A stretch of DNA of 61,901 bases from positions 1 to 61,901 of IMG/VR virus record IMGVR_UViG_3300022918_000013; one strand, 5' to 3'. This document shows, one piece after another, positions 59,101 through 61,901 of this stretch. The DNA comes from a virus. Its lineage: Duplodnaviria; Caudoviricetes. Each line of letters starts with the position of its first letter. Positions within the stretch are counted from its first letter, which is position 1. The position numbers were made by a program, and so were the translations under genes. The notes under the pieces were generated by a model, which saw nothing but the letters and a program-made list of their open reading frames with translations, was not told the origin of the DNA and did no database searches.

Positions 59101-61901
59101 AAGGATGAAATGGAAGAGTTGAAAAAGGAAGTTAACGAAGAGTTCGTTAAGCTTGCTGAACATGCTTTATCTATTAGATCCTCAAAACCTCGTTTTGGTG
59201 GCCTTGATGCTATTAGCGATGACATGAAGGCGCTGGCAAAAGGCGGCTCAACCAATATCACGTATTTACGGGAGATGTATCCAGATAGTGACATCTTCAA
59301 CGAAATGCGGACATTTTTGGATAAGCTCAGGCATCTGCCAACCGAGTACTTTGAAAGTAAGATTCAGAGAGCAGTGTATTTAAATGAGTTTGGGGCAGCG
59401 GTTGTTCCTGACTCCACACCAGAAGACTTACAAGCCACACTAAAGAAGCGTGGTCTTAGCGTTGTGACATACCCTGAAAAGGATGGAGTCGCACGCAAAC
59501 AGGCTGTATTACAGGCAGCACAAGAGAGAGGTGCTTTATTTGCCCCCGGAAACTTCGCCACACCCGAGAACGATTCGCCTGAAGAAATCGAGCGTGCCAA
59601 TGCAATCAACGAGACGGCACAAGCTGACATTGATACGCTGACTGAGGCTGTGGATGGGTTTTTGGCAGCTAGTGAGAACGCAGGCGATGAAGCCCAAGAC
59701 TACGCCAACGCCAATCTCCCTCGCCCTCCAATCATGGAGGAGATGGTTGCACGCGCAGAGACGAAACCAGGAACTTACATTACCCCTGATGCTCTTGGCG
59801 GCACATCCACGCCTCAACGTATCCGCACGTCATTAATTCAATGGCTCGCCAACCAGAACTCCGAAGTTCGCCCGCGTGAAGTTCTGGCTCAAGAGGCTGA
59901 AACCTTCCTTGCGGCCCCAGGTGGTGAGCAAGCCTTAATGCTTGAAATGTTGGATGCGGCGAATGAGCAGCGCCCAATTACAGACGCTATGCAGGTTGCT
60001 TGGCAGGTGTTGCAACCAAAGCTCTACAAGCGAGCCGTTGCCACAGGTAGCGCCCGGCTGATGCGTGAGCACGACGCCTTGGCTTATGCTTACAAAGAGA
60101 TCGGCACTGAGACAGCCCGCTCTCTCGCTGCCCGTCGAGATCCGAATCAGACTCCCACCGAACGATTCCGCGAGGCTATCCGCAACATTGCCCGGACGCC
60201 AACTAACCGCGCCTTGATTCGCCAGATTGATGAAACACAAACGCCATCGGCTAAAGCTCGCAAGGTAAAGGCTCTTGAAAGGAAACTGGCTGATGAATTA
60301 ACCAAGGCTCAGACAAACTCTGAAGAGATCCGCAGTTTGCAAAAAGAACTGGCCGACGAGCGCCGCAAGCCTGACAAAGCCGACGTGATTGCACGCATGG
60401 CCGTTGATGCGCAGAAGCGCACGGATGCAGTTTTAGCCAAGCTTGGGCTCAGTGAATATGATGTAATGCTCGATAACGAGGATCGTTATGCCGCTATGAA
60501 GTCTCAGCCTGTAATGCAGGCGATGGAAGGTCTATCGGTGCAAGATAAAGCCATCGTCACGCAGTTGATGGAGGGTAACTCGCACCGCGCCATCATGCAG
60601 AAGACAGGCGCGAGCTTGCAACACATAGGTGCTCTTCATGAGCAGTTCCGCAACAAACTTGAAGCCCAACTCAAGACATTCCTTGGCGCTCAAGGTAACA
60701 CGCTCATGACGATGATCGAGCAAGGACAGGCAGCTATCCGCGATGGACGCGCAGCCGGTCGTAACATCAAAGGTGAACTGAGTGATCCCGCTGTCCAAAA
60801 AGCAATGACTCAGGCGAACCGTGATGCCATCATGCGTTCGCTGGCTTGGCTACTGCCAACGGCTCGCTCTGTGAATAGCGGCAATCTCAAGCCTGTGACG
60901 GTGGTGATTAGTAAAGTCGGCCCCACTGGACAAAAGGTGCAGAAAGTTACTCTTCACGTCCCATACGACCCCGAGAACGCTAGTCAAGCCTACCGCATCG
61001 CCCGTGAGATGCAGGCGGCGCAGTCAACCAAATACGATAAGGCCTATGAATACTGGATTAACGGCATTCTAAGCGGCCCACAGACTCAGTTCGTCAATAC
61101 GGCTGGCAACTTGGTTTCTACAGCTTGGCACTACGGCTATCAGCGGCCCGTTGAAGGGCTGATGAACATGGTTATGCGCGATCCTGGCGGCGTGCAGATG
61201 GGCGAACAGGGGCGACTTATCAGCGCCCTCCGTCCTGCGCTGGCAGAAGCCTATACAAACGCCATTCAGGCCTTCTCGACTGAGGCTGACACCCTCCGCT
61301 CAATCTACCTCGATCAACCAATTGAGATTAACGCCAAGGATGGCACAATTGACAAGATTGGCGGCGCTCCACGGGCTGCGAACAAAGGCGCGATTGGCCG
61401 CACGATTCGCCTTCCTGGCCGTCTCTTGCGTGCCACGGATGCATTCTTCAAGACTGCAATCGCCCGAATTGAAGTTGGCGCTCTGGCATATCGTCAAGGT
61501 CTAGCTGATGGATTGAATGGCGCGGCGCTTGAGCAATTCGTTCAATCGGAAATCAACACCTATGGCTCTCAATCTTGGCATAAGGCGCTGGCAACCGCTG
61601 AAATCCTGACGTTCCAAGAGGATTCATGGCTTGCAAAAGCTGGTGAATCTATCGTTCGTGGCCGTGGCGCTGAACAAATTCAAAAGAAAGCCTCGAAACT
61701 GCGTCAGCAAGGCAAGATTGATGAGGCGGATGTAATGGAAAATACCGCCAAAGCGCTGGATATTTTTGTGGCTAAACCTTTGGCTTTCCTCTTTCCGTTT
61801 GTCCGCACTCCAGCCAATATTATGCTGACGGGTATTCGTAAGTCTCCCATTGGCTCTCTTGGCGTCCTATTGAATATCATGAATGGTCTGTACCAACAGA
61901 C
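53134..61901 (+). CDS. Giant polyvalent ejection protein (wraps to 1238; ~3,287 aa)
   Basis: Frame from ATG 53134 read open at every point checked and absent from the ORF track, as expected if it has no stop; glycine-zipper region, ART-like LFHG..GFYLT, EELLH motif, HNLS domain. Confidence 0.9.
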   Translation, partial: MPNNYLPIPEEERDAYQASRLERSSNGKGALDAFGSAGDDVATISAGKPIRYVPQPTGQLQEILPPSGAPNFVQRSGSKVIEDPLTGEPYIPDSASPYGYTSAYDQAKQSTVKGDIVANVPGYGRRVIGRDPVAQEKEETKAKAAALADQYRAEGRPFYVSKVDGLPKPKHRPGEWEAIQAAKEEKKASGEEAKRAALLTADPSIKKRPDKEIKALKEEAEAGDAMLAAKADPANPAVAAALQKAEQAKAILAQEENAKEIKQQLATQAWEARLRRDAPDLWKERQKAKLADMPREELQKTIPTLQAQIQEKVAATTERAAQLRDKQAVFESEYKAVEEQEAKQRTIGINAAQLAKFAAEKERINFSANQWLGENQDLLEEIKVGQADVENETELANEAITTHNAKVKAERTDTLEKLKAVPQTAPIADKLAKLDSEYEQRIAQWEAQYPDNQTPAAQAGYKAIDEEFKAKNQEAATEAEQALQKVPAKKVEQPDKPFFDLGNTVDAIGDVIKGITVTVPAAYRQLREGLVRPDQYSPEAKAAFAAADAYSQEMQAKTAALQAQGKSDSVSESFREAGPSLGFTGVSLGASMLGGAGTGVVAGSVVPGLGNTTGAIVGAVGGAAASAPTAYRMAGAGFLDGAFKKIEAEKGRPLTEQEMAEAYDVLLPIAQNTALWEAGPEAVANAVTLGAGKFVFGFGKKAAKEIAESAFKTAVKKAGAIVGAQASELGTETITQVEQAADQLKADAIAKGAPTKGIRPDWSPSGVVKSFKEVAPQTLALGALTGGAGGAAKLATNLLPSGKNAETQTQDEAAPESATAESGPYSQLPEIRAAADEAVKMWQPDVTTLPTQFQPTLDKDGVEVPAEYNPKSAAETLVRVARGEPLVEMDSDAQLKNVGLENRGGKIVPQKGFGAPFVTMEGPKGDQPVITEAGMQFLKSDEALSPAIAAIGLSPQDRRKQINAIPKENEDSKSLIQATDKSAISPSAPNSTSNRTGSELVGGLDRENGSTMETNPNKIGNDSAQTSKSQDSSNNKQLARPPLGQAPPAQRKAIGKGAAGQSSYAEFATPDDAEAFTYAADLARYNNNSKKVSDNDRAQAAQSARDKLARIAERTGLSAEELRPILKRYSEAIRQTAKRKKQGESFQAPTFEEFTDTSLDIAKEPIDLFHGGLPEDATLDQIDLDRAGSQQNKRNRSYGGFYLTDGSSREWSDKYAKQRGAAVHRVRLKAGSRIRSTQENIDRLSERQRAELAKKYDAVRGVDTLGRAQWVLLNKNAVESFEVVSEKAAEPAKATQPKAPHQIFRAAVEASTELTATQREAGLRTAKAIARWAPIFAKAGFSVKAGQVRGSGISYSPSARLITIDPVNFSIDLAKSKSPKAQEARIQAVFREELLHGLIRDNLGIAKPIEWWRSLSPEAQAISIKLYDGRFDTASIPDPDSAEESNRADEFVRQLFQESFWSEVTEVAGKNLNVMAELRRIFEELLVALKAIRQTAPKAVAAEINAAERLIRARLTELGALEKEAEVIASTPINEASRIREDLPEAAPIIAEIDALTKLSEERHSELGPDLKGLVHPSELLTPEEKQRVYDLKMSLRPKSREEAKADIMKKRAARLQQPNQAPENTSTSSSGVLGTITDSGSVTTVKVRDLAKANHGDFREIASNEDFTKDFRYNDTTKEVFWWNLDKITPEDKQKVSDWLEAQGKTVARHRGVKSSDETYRRAHGALSAPVNSPDKPLAVVHNLSIANLRHALKVGGLPVPSLAVIRADLSGFDSFGEVTLIANPDLIDPQKNKASKVFNADVYSPRYPTVKILFKPSDFNKIASAFKPWSEELKTIPKLGYSWSVESAVDSIKDDGYERSGNNPLVGYSYLRDKGLIDPPTAEDGNSSFNEAVYRKARDYRDEITSWVEEKILAAGVEPVEKIFDGFTNSGNKRYLPHDLDTVVKILKRGLKDGEGFNYGVPSIRAANAKPFRTLKAIQESRNHIVTKDEMEELKKEVNEEFVKLAEHALSIRSSKPRFGGLDAISDDMKALAKGGSTNITYLREMYPDSDIFNEMRTFLDKLRHLPTEYFESKIQRAVYLNEFGAAVVPDSTPEDLQATLKKRGLSVVTYPEKDGVARKQAVLQAAQERGALFAPGNFATPENDSPEEIERANAINETAQADIDTLTEAVDGFLAASENAGDEAQDYANANLPRPPIMEEMVARAETKPGTYITPDALGGTSTPQRIRTSLIQWLANQNSEVRPREVLAQEAETFLAAPGGEQALMLEMLDAANEQRPITDAMQVAWQVLQPKLYKRAVATGSARLMREHDALAYAYKEIGTETARSLAARRDPNQTPTERFREAIRNIARTPTNRALIRQIDETQTPSAKARKVKALERKLADELTKAQTNSEEIRSLQKELADERRKPDKADVIARMAVDAQKRTDAVLAKLGLSEYDVMLDNEDRYAAMKSQPVMQAMEGLSVQDKAIVTQLMEGNSHRAIMQKTGASLQHIGALHEQFRNKLEAQLKTFLGAQGNTLMTMIEQGQAAIRDGRAAGRNIKGELSDPAVQKAMTQANRDAIMRSLAWLLPTARSVNSGNLKPVTVVISKVGPTGQKVQKVTLHVPYDPENASQAYRIAREMQAAQSTKYDKAYEYWINGILSGPQTQFVNTAGNLVSTAWHYGYQRPVEGLMNMVMRDPGGVQMGEQGRLISALRPALAEAYTNAIQAFSTEADTLRSIYLDQPIEINAKDGTIDKIGGAPRAANKGAIGRTIRLPGRLLRATDAFFKTAIARIEVGALAYRQGLADGLNGAALEQFVQSEINTYGSQSWHKALATAEILTFQEDSWLAKAGESIVRGRGAEQIQKKASKLRQQGKIDEADVMENTAKALDIFVAKPLAFLFPFVRTPANIMLTGIRKSPIGSLGVLLNIMNGLYQQ
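61758..61901. repeat. Terminal direct repeat, copy 2
   Basis: Matches 1..142. Confidence 0.97.

Noticed and set aside
53386-61504. Many short ORFs listed in the track
   Set aside because: They are alternative-frame or antisense shadows of the giant ORF.
1-61901. CRISPR array, DGR or retron
   Set aside because: No regularly spaced repeats and no reverse transcriptase motif seen; the duplicated genes differ at all base types rather than only at adenines.
1-61901. Amber stop-codon reassignment suggested by the CUA-containing RNA
   Set aside because: Long genes are intact in the standard code and TAG ends genes such as the primase-adjacent HNH partner 39502..39639 and 51807..53033.

Overview
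This window looks like a complete, circularly permuted genome (~61.76 kb) of a tailed dsDNA bacteriophage with podovirus-like virion genes. The ends overlap (1..142 matches 61758..61901 apart from a 2-nt indel), and the overlap cuts a ~3,290-aa polyvalent/ejection protein gene (53134 to end, then on to 1238) that the ORF track shows only in part. The + arm (43.4 kb, wrapping to 9.3 kb) carries a non-coding RNA cluster, early genes, TerS/TerL, ejection proteins, portal, tail fibres and lysis genes. The - arm (43 kb down to 9.3 kb) carries many small early genes, recombination and replication genes (Bet/RecT, exonuclease, SSB, MazG, RuvC-like, initiator, primase-helicase), a glycosyltransferase/methyltransferase cluster, scaffold, N4-gp56-like major capsid, adaptor and nozzle. 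I recognise no integrase, DNA polymerase, reverse transcriptase or CRISPR array. Most notable: (1) a promoter-driven tandem array of tRNA-shaped RNAs, two with the anticodon arm replaced by long inserts, behind a C4-like attenuator; (2) a candidate programmed -1 frameshift with a stimulatory hairpin in a tail gene; (3) an apparently catalytically dead second terminase nuclease domain next to a possibly chimeric TerL; (4) a conserved duplicated cassette flanking the replication module. All protein calls come from motif recognition by eye, not database searches.
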